The notes beneath the pieces were generated by a model, which saw only the letters and a list, made by a program, of their open reading frames with translations, had not been told where the DNA came from and did no database searches. DNA of 64,000 bases. Origin: Vulcanimicrobiota bacterium (GTDB lineage Bacteria > Vulcanimicrobiota > Vulcanimicrobiia > Vulcanimicrobiales > Vulcanimicrobiaceae). Positions 22,278 to 32,909 of the stretch are shown piece by piece. The position numbers and the translations under genes were made by a program. The stretch spans positions 544,001-608,000 of the forward strand of contig CAWGBN010000006.1 in NCBI GenBank assembly GCA_963820825.1, given 5' to 3'. Each line of letters begins with the position of its first letter. Position 1 is the stretch's first letter.

Positions 22278-24792
22278 ATGGAGGTCGAGGAGCGAGCAAG
22301 CGGCGCGGAGTTCAGAACTCTGCTGCGGCGCCATCGGCTTGCCGCTGGGCTCTCGCAAGAAGCGCTGGCCGAGCGCGCGCGGATGAGCACCGAAGGAATC
22401 AGCGCGCTCGAGCGCGGGTATCGGCGGAACCCGCACCGGGAGACGCTCGTGCTCTTGATCCGTGCGCTCGCGCTGAGCGAAGAGCAGCGTCGAGAGTTTG
22501 AAGCGGCGGCATCGCGACCAGCGGCGCCGCGAGGCGCGCCCCCGGGTACCGCCGGCCGGCCGAGAGAGACGGTCGCACCGCTGCCGCTCGCGCTTACCAG
22601 CTTCGTCGGTCGCGAGACGGAAATTCGTGAGATCGCTGCGTTGGTTCGCGACCGCCGGCTCGTCACCATTACCGGTGCAGGCGGCGTCGGGAAGACGCAG
22701 ACTGCGCTGCAAGTCGGCAACGTGGTCAGCAATTCAGCCGGCGTTGCCGTTTCGTTTGTCGGGTTTGCTTCACTCGGCGATCCGTCGTCGGTGGTCCTAA
22801 CGATCGCCTCCGCGCTCGGCGTGCGGCAAACGGCTGACGAATCGCTACTCGATACGATCGCCGGGTACCTCAGGAACAAGCCCTTGTTGCTCGTTTTCGA
22901 CAACTGCGAACATCTTGTCGTGGAGGTTGCCCGCGTCGCGGAGAGACTGCTGGCGGAGTGCCATACTCTGCGCATCGTCTCAACTAGTCGCGAGCCGCTT
23001 CGCGCTGCGGGCGAATTTGCGTATCGGCTGCCGTCTTTGAGCCTGCCGACGCCCGAAATTGGCGCTACGCATGCGTGCGGAGGATATCGCCGGATTTGCC
23101 GCGCTCGCGCTCTTTCGCGATCGAGCGCGCGCCGTCGACCATCGGTTCGAGATTTCGGACGAGAACGTCTCGGTGGTTGCGGAGATCTGCCGGCGCCTCG
23201 ACGGGATTCCATTGGCGATCGAGCTCGCGGCCGCGCGAGTAAATGCGCTCTCGCTTCAAACGCTCGTCAAGAAGCTCAACGACCGATTTGCCCTCCTGGC
23301 TGGTCAAACGCGCACCGCACTCCCCCGGCAGCAAACGATGCGCGCGACGATCGACTGGAGCTACAATTTGCTTACGCCGCCGGAGCGGCGAGTCTTCGAG
23401 CGGCTCTCCGTATTCGCCGGCGGGTGCACGCTCGCTATGGCCGCGTCGGTCTGCGGCGATGACGGCCAAATCGAGGGCGAGATTTTCGACCTGCTCTCGT
23501 CACTCGTCGACAAATCGCTGATCGCGGCCGACATCAGCGGCGACGAGACGCGTTACGTCGTACTAGAGACGACCCGCCAGTACGCTCGCGAACGGCTCGC
23601 CGAGCATGGCGAGTTCGAGGCAATCGCGGAGCGCCTCGCGCGCACTTTCCTCGAGCTGAGCTGCACGATCGCCGGGTCGGAGGCCACGTATAACGCGCGT
23701 CTCGACCGATCGCCCGAGACCTTGCGCACGATGCGCGCCGAGAGTGCAAACTTCGACGAAGTCATGGAGTGGACGCTTCTGCACCGCACGAACGCGCCTC
23801 TAGGGCAGGAGCTCGCCTGGCGCGTTCCATTCCTCAGAGCGACCGAGGCGCTTCGTTGGCTTCTTTTGGCCACCGAAGCGGTCGACGAGAAGACGCCACG
23901 CTCGCTAGCCCTTTCTCTCACCATCCAGCTCGCATGGTGCTACGTCGATCTGCGCGATCACGAGCGGGCGATTGCCGCGGCTCGTGACGCGGTAGCGCAG
24001 AGCCGGCTCTTAAATGACGCCCGAGCAACGGCTACGGCGCGGCGTCTGCTCGGGCGTGCGCTCACGCATGCGTGGCAGCTCGACGAAGCGCAGCTCGAGC
24101 TGGAACGATCCCTCGCATTCTGGCGCGAATCGGGAGCTCGGCGAGCGGTCGCGACGACCTTGAGCTATCTCGCCTTCGTAGCGGTTCGTCGCGGAACTCA
24201 TTCGACGGCGCGGAGTCTCAATCTCGAAGCGCTCGAAGTGCTGCCCGAAGATGACGAGCGCACCGCCCGGCTGATCAAAGTCGAGCTCGCGCGAGCCGAA
24301 TACGGACTCGGCCGTCACGAAATGGCGCTCGCCTATTCGCGTGAGGTTCTTCCGGCGCTCGAAGCGGAGGCCACCGAAGGCGGGTTGACGTGCGTGATCT
24401 TGATGCTGAACCAATGCACCTTTTTGCTCGCGCTGGACCGCTTCGACGAGGCGGAGGCGGTCGCACAGCGAGCGCTCGCAGTCACCCTCGATCCGCAAAA
24501 TCCACGCCCGGATCTGGCACCGTACGTTGCCGGAACCCTTGCCAAGGTCGTGGTCCTCGATCACGGCCGGCCTTGCGGAACCGATCGCAGCGATCGTTTG
24601 GACATCTGCGCCAAGCTCCTGGGGTGGAACGAAGCGGTCTGCGCCGCACGCAAGGAGTCGGATCCGGATGAGACGGTCGAGGAGCTCGCGATCTTGCGGC
24701 GCGAGCTCGGCGAAGCGTGTTGCCGGGCGCTACTTAGCGAGGGCGCGCTGCTCGATCACGCCGGAGCCGTCGAGCTTATGCAGTCGCTCTAG
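22278..24792 (+). pseudogene. XRE HTH + STAND/NB-ARC-like ATPase + TPR-like regulator with one +1 frameshift near 23057 (probably assembly error)
   Basis: LSQEALAERA...ISALERG HTH; GAGGVGKT; VFDNCEH; LDGIPLAIELAAA in the next frame. Confidence 0.85.
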
Positions 24793-24796
24793 CCTG

Positions 24797-26512
24797 CTAC
24801 ATCTGAGAGAGGCGGGCGAATCCGTGCGATGCCGCGCGCGTGACTTCGCCGATCAGCCGCCGTTCCGACGGATCGAGCTCGAGCCCGTGCGGATGCCCGG
24901 AAAAGAGCACGAACCGGCTAAGCGTTCCCCGCACAAAAATCGGAAATCCAACTGCCGGTGCCGCATCACCGGTAGGCACACGCCCGCCGATCAGCTGCAG
25001 GTCGGCGAAACGGAGCGCACCCTTCGCCTGCTCGAACGAGTCCGCCAGGCGCTCCATGTCGAGGCGTTCGAGGACGTCGTCGTCGCCCCAACCTTCAGCC
25101 GCCTCGCGCCGGAACGTCCCGTCGTCACCGCGCACGAAGACCGCTACCGATCCGATTTCTAAGCTTCCCGAAACGCTGCGCACCAGCGCCTCGTCGATCA
25201 TCTGCGCCGACTCGGTATGAACGAGACCTCTGGCAAGCTCGATCATCGTCCGGCGCGTACGATACTGCTGCGGAAAGAGATGCCGGTCGACGAAATCTCT
25301 GAGCGGCGCATAGAGCCAAGACATCAGCAGGCCGAGCACGAGTGCGGCTGCGACGTTGACGCCGATTCTCGCGACGCCTCCGATCGGAAAGAGCCGCTCC
25401 AAGCGGCCGGCGACGGACCAGTCGAGCAGGACTAACGCGCCGATCGCCAAGCTCGCGAGCACGGCGAAGATCACCGCCTTGTTCACGAAGAAGCGCACCG
25501 AAATAACGCGCTGCTTGACGATCGCATATGCCACCGCGATCGGCCCGGCAACGTTGAGCGTTAACAGGAAATTCCATAGTTCCGAAGGCACGGCGAGGCC
25601 GACGCTGTCAAAGATTCGCGTCGCGACGCTGCCCGCGTAACCGACTAGAAAGCTGGCGATTACCCAGGCCATGCGCGGCCGCTCGTCTTGCCCTTCCGTC
25701 GTGTAGCGAATGCCGAACGTGACGACCGCTAGGGCGTAGAGTGCCGTCGATGCAATCGTAAGGAGACTCTCGAAGCCGGTCGTATTCGTGCCCCGGTAGA
25801 CCAGGCCGACGTTTGCATACACGATGAATGGCGCGACGATAACCGCGAGCCACGGTAACCAGCGGTCGGCAACCGCGCCCACACCGCGCACCTGATCGGC
25901 GGGGAAGCGCAGCGCAAAGACGACGAGAGCGATGGAAGCGGCAAACCATACTATGCCGCAGTAGGCGGAGTAAGCCACAATCCAGGGCGGTGAAATGAGT
26001 GCGGTAAGAATCGGCGACCCGGTCTGCGAACCGGCTGCAAAGAAAAGAAATGCCCACGTCATTCGCGAGGGATGCGCGAGGACGAGCGCAGCCGCAACGA
26101 GGACCGTCGCGATGATGGATAAGACCAAAAGGTAGAAGAACGCAAAGTAGCTCAGCTTTACGCCAAAGCTTGAATGCCCCGAGCGCGCCACGAGCGTTAC
26201 CGCGCGCGCCGGTCCTTTAACGAAGCGAAACGTGGTTCTCGTGCCTGCAAGCGTCAATGGCCAATGAAGATATACGCGCTGCTGCGGCGTGAGTGTCGCG
26301 ACGTCGAGGCGATCGCCGGGCTTCACGCCCGCGTCGGAGGCTGCAGAGTCGGGCAGCACTGCGGCGACGACGCCGTTACTCGAAGCGACGAATCCGAATC
26401 GTGCGTAGTGGACGAACGGCGTCGCGAGGTTGACGAGGGAGGCGATTACGGGAACGCCGGCAATCACCAAGACCGCCGCGATACGCCACAGCCGACGCGA
26501 CCGTTCGCTCAC
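24797..26512 (-). CDS. PDZ + multi-TM + GAF-like membrane sensor
   Basis: DSAASDAGVKPGDRL PDZ signature; multiple TMs; C-terminal FPIFVRGTL...LDPSERRLI GAF-like end. Confidence 0.75.
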   Translation of the reverse strand: MSERSRRLWRIAAVLVIAGVPVIASLVNLATPFVHYARFGFVASSNGVVAAVLPDSAASDAGVKPGDRLDVATLTPQQRVYLHWPLTLAGTRTTFRFVKGPARAVTLVARSGHSSFGVKLSYFAFFYLLVLSIIATVLVAAALVLAHPSRMTWAFLFFAAGSQTGSPILTALISPPWIVAYSAYCGIVWFAASIALVVFALRFPADQVRGVGAVADRWLPWLAVIVAPFIVYANVGLVYRGTNTTGFESLLTIASTALYALAVVTFGIRYTTEGQDERPRMAWVIASFLVGYAGSVATRIFDSVGLAVPSELWNFLLTLNVAGPIAVAYAIVKQRVISVRFFVNKAVIFAVLASLAIGALVLLDWSVAGRLERLFPIGGVARIGVNVAAALVLGLLMSWLYAPLRDFVDRHLFPQQYRTRRTMIELARGLVHTESAQMIDEALVRSVSGSLEIGSVAVFVRGDDGTFRREAAEGWGDDDVLERLDMERLADSFEQAKGALRFADLQLIGGRVPTGDAAPAVGFPIFVRGTLSRFVLFSGHPHGLELDPSERRLIGEVTRAASHGFARLSQM

Positions 26513-26558
26513 CGTTCGCTACGCCTTCGTGCCCGCTCGCTCGGGCCCTGGGCGACCG

Positions 26559-27755
26559 CTAAACCGCGGCGGCCGTTTGCAGCATGCGCACCGCGGCGTC
26601 GTCGGAGGCCGGGATTCGCCCCGTCTCGGTGATCGAGCTGATGAGCGCCGCGATGCGGCGCGAACTGCGACGCGGCGCGACGATCTCTTGATTGTGGCGG
26701 ATCTCGGCGAGGCGCGCGGGATTCGCAATGAGCGAACGCACCGCGGTCACGACCGTCGACGCGCCCTGCAGCGCGATGAGTCCGAGGCCGTTGTGGCGCA
26801 CGAAATCGACGTTGCCGCGTTCTTGACCGGGAACGTAATCGTAAACGACGACCGGAAGCTGTGCGGCATTCGCTTCGGCGAGCGTTCCGGGACCGGCTTT
26901 GGTGACGAGGATATCCACCGCGCGAAAATACTCGGGGATCTTATCGGTGAAGCCGAGCACCTGCATCGGCGTCGGGAGGGTCGCGGAGAGTTCGCCGAGT
27001 TTCTGGGCAAGCGGTTCGTTTCGGCCGCAGACGACGACGAGTTCGATCGGCAGGCGCGCGCGTGCCAGCGCGAGCGCCGTCGAGAGCAATTTGCCGCCCC
27101 CCTCGCCGCCGGCCATCAGCATGACGACCGGCGTATCGGCCGGCAGCCCGAGCTGCGCGCGGAGATCGGCCTTGCTTCCCGTGACGTCGTCGAACTTCGG
27201 ATGAATCGGATGGCCGAGCAGTCGCAGCCGCGAGGGCAGCACGCCCCGGGCGAGCGCGCGGGCGTAGACCTCGCGCGCCGGGACGACGATCGCATCGGCC
27301 TCGGGTACGAGCCACGATTCGTGAACCTTGCCGAGATCGGTGATGACCGTCACGACGGGAACGTGCTGCATGCGCGCGTCGTCGCGCGCGCGCAGGGCCG
27401 CGTGATTGAGCAGCGGATGTATCGAAACGATCACGTCGGGCTGATAGCTGATAAAGAGATCGCGCAAGCGCTCGCGGTAGAGCGGCTCGCAGAATCGGAC
27501 GAGCGCACGGTAGCGGCGCCGGCCGTTGGTTGCGTGATAGAGGGCGCCGTAGATCGGCGGCGCGTATCGCAAGGCCATGCTGTAGCCCAGGCCGAGTTGG
27601 GTGAGCGGGAAGGCGCAATGGGCGGCGACGTCTTCGATCCGGAACTCGTAATCGTGCGGGGACTTCGTCTCTTCCAGAGCTGCGGCAATGGCGTTGGCCG
27701 CGCTGCGGTGACCGCCGCCGGTATCTGAAATCAACAGAAGGGCCCGTTTGGTCAT
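26559..27755 (-). CDS. MGDG synthase/UgtP-like glycosyltransferase (GT28)
   Basis: DTGGGHRSAA, TVITDL, GGEG, TKAGPGT, PGQERGN. Confidence 0.9.
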   Translation of the reverse strand: MTKRALLLISDTGGGHRSAANAIAAALEETKSPHDYEFRIEDVAAHCAFPLTQLGLGYSMALRYAPPIYGALYHATNGRRRYRALVRFCEPLYRERLRDLFISYQPDVIVSIHPLLNHAALRARDDARMQHVPVVTVITDLGKVHESWLVPEADAIVVPAREVYARALARGVLPSRLRLLGHPIHPKFDDVTGSKADLRAQLGLPADTPVVMLMAGGEGGGKLLSTALALARARLPIELVVVCGRNEPLAQKLGELSATLPTPMQVLGFTDKIPEYFRAVDILVTKAGPGTLAEANAAQLPVVVYDYVPGQERGNVDFVRHNGLGLIALQGASTVVTAVRSLIANPARLAEIRHNQEIVAPRRSSRRIAALISSITETGRIPASDDAAVRMLQTAAAV

Positions 27756-27767
27756 TCGATCTCCCGA

Positions 27768-28295
27768 TTAGGCTCTGGCAGGTACCCTCCTGGTCGCACG
27801 CCTGCCGGCATTGCGCGCTCGGCGGCCGGTGCGAGCAAGCCTGGCCAAGAGCGCTCGAGCAGGCGCGTCGTAGAATCGAAAAATGTCGCCAAACTCGACT
27901 TCGGGGTTTCGGTGGTGGCCATCGTGGTCCTCGGGGAGCACGATGGCGAGCGGTCGCAGGAGGGCACGCAGCCACTCCGGCGTGCGCCAGCCGAGCTGGC
28001 CGGTGTGGCGCCACCAGACGTGAAGCTGACCCAGGGCGAGGCCCGCGAGGGCGCCCGGCCACGAGAGCCGCGCGAGCAGCGCCGCGACGGCGAGATAGGG
28101 GATCGATCCGAGCAAGCCGTCGAGCAGGACTGCCGGGTCGGTCGAGATGACCGCATGGTCGAAATAGGAGCGCCGGCGGTCGTGATGCGTTCGTAGATGC
28201 AGCGTGAACCAGAGATGCTGCGGGACGTGATAGAAGAACGTCGAGCCGAAGTCTCCGGCAACGAGCGTAACGATGAGAGCGGTTATAAACGTCAT
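27768..28295 (-). CDS. Sterol desaturase/fatty acid hydroxylase superfamily protein
   Basis: His boxes HVPQH, HLRTHH, HVWWRH, HDGHH. Confidence 0.8.
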   Translation of the reverse strand: MTFITALIVTLVAGDFGSTFFYHVPQHLWFTLHLRTHHDRRRSYFDHAVISTDPAVLLDGLLGSIPYLAVAALLARLSWPGALAGLALGQLHVWWRHTGQLGWRTPEWLRALLRPLAIVLPEDHDGHHRNPEVEFGDIFRFYDAPARALLARLARTGRRARNAGRRATRRVPARA

Positions 28296-29001
28296 ACTCG
28301 CGGCGATGTTGTGTGGCTGCACGGTTCATACCATATACCACACGAAGGCAGCGATTAGCGCATCGGCGCATCTGAGCCGTGCCCTTAACGTCGCGTTAAG
28401 CTGGCCCTGGCCCGCGAACGTCGACGCGCTCAAAGGCGCGATGCTCGTTCGCGACGGACCGCCGCTCGCGCATCCCGAGCTCGCGATCGCGCGAGCGATT
28501 CTTCGCACGAATCCGCGTCTCGCACCGGCTGCCGCGCTGCTCTTCGCCGGTGCGACCGCGAATGCGGCGCGCGCGAACGCGCTTGCGCCGGAGTTTCTCG
28601 GCGCCACGCTACTCCAAGAGTCTGCCTACGATCCGCGCGCGCTCTCCGCTGCGGGTGCGATCGGCATCGCTCAGTTCATGCCCGACACGGCCGCCGGCGT
28701 CGGCGTCGATCCGTACGATCCGTTCGCTTCGATCGACGCCGCCGCGGCGTTGCTCGGCGGCTACGCCGCGGCCTATCGCAATCGCTACGCCGATCCGTAC
28801 GCGACGGCGCTTGCGGCCTACAACGCCGGCCCGCTCGCCGTCGCCGCCTATCGCGGCGTGCCCCCGTACGCCGAGACGCGCGAGTATGTCGCGCTGATCT
28901 ACGACCGCTGGGCGCGCATCGTCTCGTACGAATCGCCGGTCGGCCACCCGCTACCGAGCGAGGCGCAGGCGGCTCACGAGGTGAAGAACAGGCCGAGATG
29001 A
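28273..29001 (+). CDS. SLT-domain lytic transglycosylase, probable lipoprotein
   Basis: QES, GAIGIAQFMP, AAYNAG, ETREYV; LCGC lipobox. Confidence 0.88.
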   Translation: MRAVINVILAAMLCGCTVHTIYHTKAAISASAHLSRALNVALSWPWPANVDALKGAMLVRDGPPLAHPELAIARAILRTNPRLAPAAALLFAGATANAARANALAPEFLGATLLQESAYDPRALSAAGAIGIAQFMPDTAAGVGVDPYDPFASIDAAAALLGGYAAAYRNRYADPYATALAAYNAGPLAVAAYRGVPPYAETREYVALIYDRWARIVSYESPVGHPLPSEAQAAHEVKNRPR

Positions 29002-29480
29002 CGATCTCGCGTGCCGGAGCGGCGATACTGGTCGCCTTCACCGCGGCCGGATGTGCCTTTAATGCAAGTCCCGCCGACGGATTGCGCTTTCAAGCGCCGC
29101 CGGGCTGGCAATCCTCGCCCGGCATCATGGGCTTCATGCAGTTCTGGAAGCCGCCGGTGGGTCGTCATGAGGCGCTCATCCTCTTCAAGTCGCCCAAGCC
29201 GATCAATCCGAGCGACGTCACGGCGCAGCCGGGCGTCGACGACTCCTTGAAGAACACGACGATCCAGCGGCGCGAGAGCATCGTTATCTGCGGGCGGCAA
29301 CCGGCGATCTATATGCAGGCGCGCGGGACGTCGTCCCGCGGCGGTGACGAGTCGCGGGTGGAGATGGTGATGACCACCATCGGCGGCGCGACGTACTTCG
29401 CGCTCTACGCGCGGCCGATGGGTGTCCCGGCGAACCCGATCGCCGAAGCCGCGTTACGGGAACTCTGCCCGAAGCCCTAG
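28998..29480 (+). CDS. Lipoprotein of unknown function
   Basis: ATGA overlap; lipobox AAGC. Confidence 0.7.
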   Translation: MTISRAGAAILVAFTAAGCAFNASPADGLRFQAPPGWQSSPGIMGFMQFWKPPVGRHEALILFKSPKPINPSDVTAQPGVDDSLKNTTIQRRESIVICGRQPAIYMQARGTSSRGGDESRVEMVMTTIGGATYFALYARPMGVPANPIAEAALRELCPKP

Positions 29481-29484
29481 CCGT

Positions 29485-30900
29485 TTGCCGCGCCCAAGCA
29501 TCGTAAAGCAGCTACTCTCGCGCCAGCCGTTGGGCTGGACCGCGGGCGAGGGCCAGGGACCGAAGCTGCGGCGCGTCTTGGGGTGGCCGGCGCTCACCGC
29601 GATCGGCTTGGGGACCATGCTCGGCGGCATCTTCCCGACGATCGGTGCCGGCGCGCATGCGGCCGGTCCGGGCGTCATCCTCGCCTACGTGCTCTCCGGA
29701 CTCGTAAGCCTCTGCGTCGCGCTCTGCTACGCCGAGTTTGCGTCGATGGTGCCGGTCGCCGGTAGCGCCTATACCTACGCGTATGCGACGCTCGGCGAGC
29801 TCGTCGCGTGGATCATCGGCTGGGACTTGATTCTCGAATACGGGCTCTCGCTCGCCCCGACCGCATCGTCGCTCTCCGATTACTTTCAGCACATGCTCGG
29901 CAACGTGGGGATCGTCTTTCCCGCCTGGGCGCAAACCGCGAACGTGCACGCGGCGCATCCACAGATCGATCTATCTGCCGCGATCGTCACGCTCGCGGTG
30001 ACGCTGCTCGTCGCGGTCGGGATCCGCGAGTCGGCCGGCGTCAACGGCGCGCTCGTCGTGCTTCAAATTCTCGCGATGATCGTCTTCATCGTCGCGGTCG
30101 CGCACGCGGTGCATCCGTCGAATCTTCGGCCGTTCACGCCGTTCGGCTATCACGGCGTGCTTGCGAGCACGGCCCTCGTCTTCTTCGCCTACATCGGCTT
30201 CGATACGGTGACCGTCGCATCGGAAGAGGCGAAGAATCCCGAGCGCAACGTACCGATCGGCGTGATTCTGGCGCTGACGATCGGGGGAATTCTTTACGTC
30301 GGGCTCACGCTCTGTACGGTCGGCGTCCTGCGATTCGATCGCCTCTCCGACGGCGCGGCGATGCTCGATGCGCTCGGAGCGGTGAGCAAGAGTCACACGC
30401 TCTACTGGATCGTCGCGATCGGCGGCCTCGCCGGAAATGCAACGGTGATGCTCACCTCGCTGCTCGGACAGGTGCGCATCTTCTACGTGATGGCGCGCGA
30501 TCGAATGCTGCCGCCGGGCGTCGCGCACATCCACCACGTCTTTCGAACGCCCGCGCGCATGACCCTGATCACGGGCGCGATCGTCGCCGTCTTCGCCGCC
30601 GTGCTGCCGTTGACCGAGTTGCTGACGCTGGTGAACATCGGAACGCTCGCAGCCTTCGCAATCGTCTGCGCCGGCGTCTTGGTTCTGCGGATCGTGAATC
30701 CGACGGCGGAGCGTCCTTTCCGAGCCCCGCTCTTACCGCTCTTTGCGATTGCCGGGGGCGCCTCGTGCCTCTATCTCGTCACCGGATTGCAAGTTGCAAC
30801 GTGGGTTCGCTACGGGATCTGGTTCCTGGTCGGAATTTTCGTCTACGCGCTCTACGGCTTTCGTAACTCCCGCCTGCGGGTCGAGCTGATCGAACCGTAA
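29485..30900 (+). CDS. APC-family amino acid permease
   Basis: IGLGTMLGGIF, YAEFASMVPVAGSAY, FFAYIGFD; TTG start approximate. Confidence 0.92.
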   Translation: MPRPSIVKQLLSRQPLGWTAGEGQGPKLRRVLGWPALTAIGLGTMLGGIFPTIGAGAHAAGPGVILAYVLSGLVSLCVALCYAEFASMVPVAGSAYTYAYATLGELVAWIIGWDLILEYGLSLAPTASSLSDYFQHMLGNVGIVFPAWAQTANVHAAHPQIDLSAAIVTLAVTLLVAVGIRESAGVNGALVVLQILAMIVFIVAVAHAVHPSNLRPFTPFGYHGVLASTALVFFAYIGFDTVTVASEEAKNPERNVPIGVILALTIGGILYVGLTLCTVGVLRFDRLSDGAAMLDALGAVSKSHTLYWIVAIGGLAGNATVMLTSLLGQVRIFYVMARDRMLPPGVAHIHHVFRTPARMTLITGAIVAVFAAVLPLTELLTLVNIGTLAAFAIVCAGVLVLRIVNPTAERPFRAPLLPLFAIAGGASCLYLVTGLQVATWVRYGIWFLVGIFVYALYGFRNSRLRVELIEP

Positions 30901-30961
30901 GGCCGCCCAAAAAGGCCTGGGAAGAAGGGTTGCTCGGGCCCCTGCCGGGAAGCGGCGGTCC

Positions 30962-31960
30962 TTGGCTACTCACATCGCGGCCGGCGACCGATTCGAGCTC
31001 ATAACCGTGCCGCAATCCCGCGGCGTGCCCTCGTTTGCGCAAGACGTCGCGCGCGGTCTGACCTCGGAACCAAAGCGCTTGCCGTGCAAGTATTTTTACG
31101 ACGAGGTCGGATCGGCGCTCTTCGATACGATCACGCGCTTGTCCGAATACTACCTCACCGGCGCCGAAGCGGAGATTCTCTCCGAATGGGGATGGCAGAT
31201 CGTTCGTCTGCTCGACGCACCCGTCGATTTCTTGGAGCTGGGGAGCGGCAGCGCGGTGAAGACGCGATTGCTGATCGGCGAAGCGCTGCGCGTGCAGACC
31301 GAGCTTTGCTATAGTCCGATCGACATTTCGACCGAGGCCCTGCGAGCGTCGTCGCTGGCGCTCGTGGAGAGCTTTCCGACGCTTCGCGTCCGGGCCTACG
31401 CGGGCGATTACTTCGACGTGCTCGAGTCGCACGCGGTTCGCCTCGGGGGCAAGACGCTCGCGATGCTGCTCGGCTCGAACATCGGAAACTACGAACCGCT
31501 CGAAGGAGCCGAGCTCTTGCGCCTGCTCGGTGCCGCGCTGCGCTCCGGCGATGGTTTGCTGCTCGGCGCCGACCTCAAGAAGGATCGCGCGACGCTCGAG
31601 CTCGCCTACGACGATCCCACCGGCGTTACCGCGGCCTTCAACCGGAATCTGCTCGCACGCATCAATCGCGAGCTCGGTGCGGATTTCGACGTGCGCAACT
31701 TCAATCACGTCGCGCGCTACGACGCCGTGCGCGGCTCGGTCGATTCGTTTTTGGAGGCGCGTGAGAGCACAACGGTCTCCGTGCCGGCGATCGATTTGCA
31801 AGTAAGCGTTCGCTCGGGGGAACGAATTCACACGGAATCGTCGTATAAATTTAGTGACGAGGACGTCGTTGGGCTCGGCTGCGCCGCCGGCTTTGCGCCG
31901 GCATCGGCCTGGCACGACCGCGCCAACCGCTTCAGTCTGCACCTGTTAGTCAAGAAGTAA
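30962..31960 (+). CDS. egtD: L-histidine N-alpha-methyltransferase
   Basis: KYFYDEVGS, EYYLT, ELGSGS, LGSNIGN, AYDDPTGVTAAFN, IHTESSYK. Confidence 0.93.
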   Translation: MATHIAAGDRFELITVPQSRGVPSFAQDVARGLTSEPKRLPCKYFYDEVGSALFDTITRLSEYYLTGAEAEILSEWGWQIVRLLDAPVDFLELGSGSAVKTRLLIGEALRVQTELCYSPIDISTEALRASSLALVESFPTLRVRAYAGDYFDVLESHAVRLGGKTLAMLLGSNIGNYEPLEGAELLRLLGAALRSGDGLLLGADLKKDRATLELAYDDPTGVTAAFNRNLLARINRELGADFDVRNFNHVARYDAVRGSVDSFLEARESTTVSVPAIDLQVSVRSGERIHTESSYKFSDEDVVGLGCAAGFAPASAWHDRANRFSLHLLVKK

Positions 31961-31970
31961 GGAGCACCCG

Positions 31971-32909
31971 ATGGTTGGCACGCGCGCGCTCTCGCGTTTT
32001 GCATCGGCATTCGTTCTCACTGCGACGCTCGCGGGCGCCGGCTGCGGCGGCAGCCTCGGACCAGCGAATCCGTCCGCGCAAACTGCCTCTTCGAGCGGAT
32101 GGATCGACGCCGGGGGGACCGTCTACCACCGGCCGCATTACGCGCCGAATCGCGAAATGGCTCTGCGCCTTCCGCCCGGACGCGACTACGTGCCCTATCT
32201 GGGCGGCGCCGTCATTCTCAATCCGAAGATTTACTTCGACTTTTGGGGATTCAAGAAATACGGCGACCCCGACCATATCCGGCCGCTGCTCCTCGCTTAC
32301 GCTAAGGCCATGGGCGGGAGCGGTCACAACAACATCGAGACGCAGTACTATCAGGAACTATCCGGCAGCACGAAAGAATACATTACCAACGGCGCAGATC
32401 AGTTCGGCGGCAGCTGGATCGACCCCGCGGCGGTTCCAAAGACGCCGAACGATCCGCAGATTGCGGCCGAGGCGATCAAGGCCGTCGACCACTTCGGCTA
32501 CGATTCGAACGGCGTCTACTTCGTCGTGACACCGCACGGTCGGAGCGAGGCGAACTTCCCCGATCACTGGTGCTCCTATCACGGCACAACCGTCGAGAAG
32601 AAGAAAAACGTGGCCTACGTCTACTTTCCGTACGTGCCCGACGGCGGCACGAGCTGCGGGGCGAACAGCATCGATCCGCCGCCCGGCGAGAGCGCGGCGG
32701 ATGAAGGCGTGACGATCATCGCCGGGCACGAGATCGGCGAAGCGATTACCGATCCGCAGCCCTCGACGGCGTGGGATGGCCCGGGCGGCGAGATCGCCGA
32801 CGTCTGTGCGTTTTTCAATATCGCGAACGACACGTTCGGCAAGAGGAAATTCACGATGCAGGCGATGGTCAGCGACGCGACGGCAAGCTGCGTCCAAACC
32901 TATCCGTAG
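31971..32909 (+). CDS. Secreted lipoprotein with Phi_1/EXORDIUM-like motifs
   Basis: AAGGAG RBS; lipobox GAGC; CSYH, HEIGEAITDP, GEIADVC. Confidence 0.7.
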   Translation: MVGTRALSRFASAFVLTATLAGAGCGGSLGPANPSAQTASSSGWIDAGGTVYHRPHYAPNREMALRLPPGRDYVPYLGGAVILNPKIYFDFWGFKKYGDPDHIRPLLLAYAKAMGGSGHNNIETQYYQELSGSTKEYITNGADQFGGSWIDPAAVPKTPNDPQIAAEAIKAVDHFGYDSNGVYFVVTPHGRSEANFPDHWCSYHGTTVEKKKNVAYVYFPYVPDGGTSCGANSIDPPPGESAADEGVTIIAGHEIGEAITDPQPSTAWDGPGGEIADVCAFFNIANDTFGKRKFTMQAMVSDATASCVQTYP

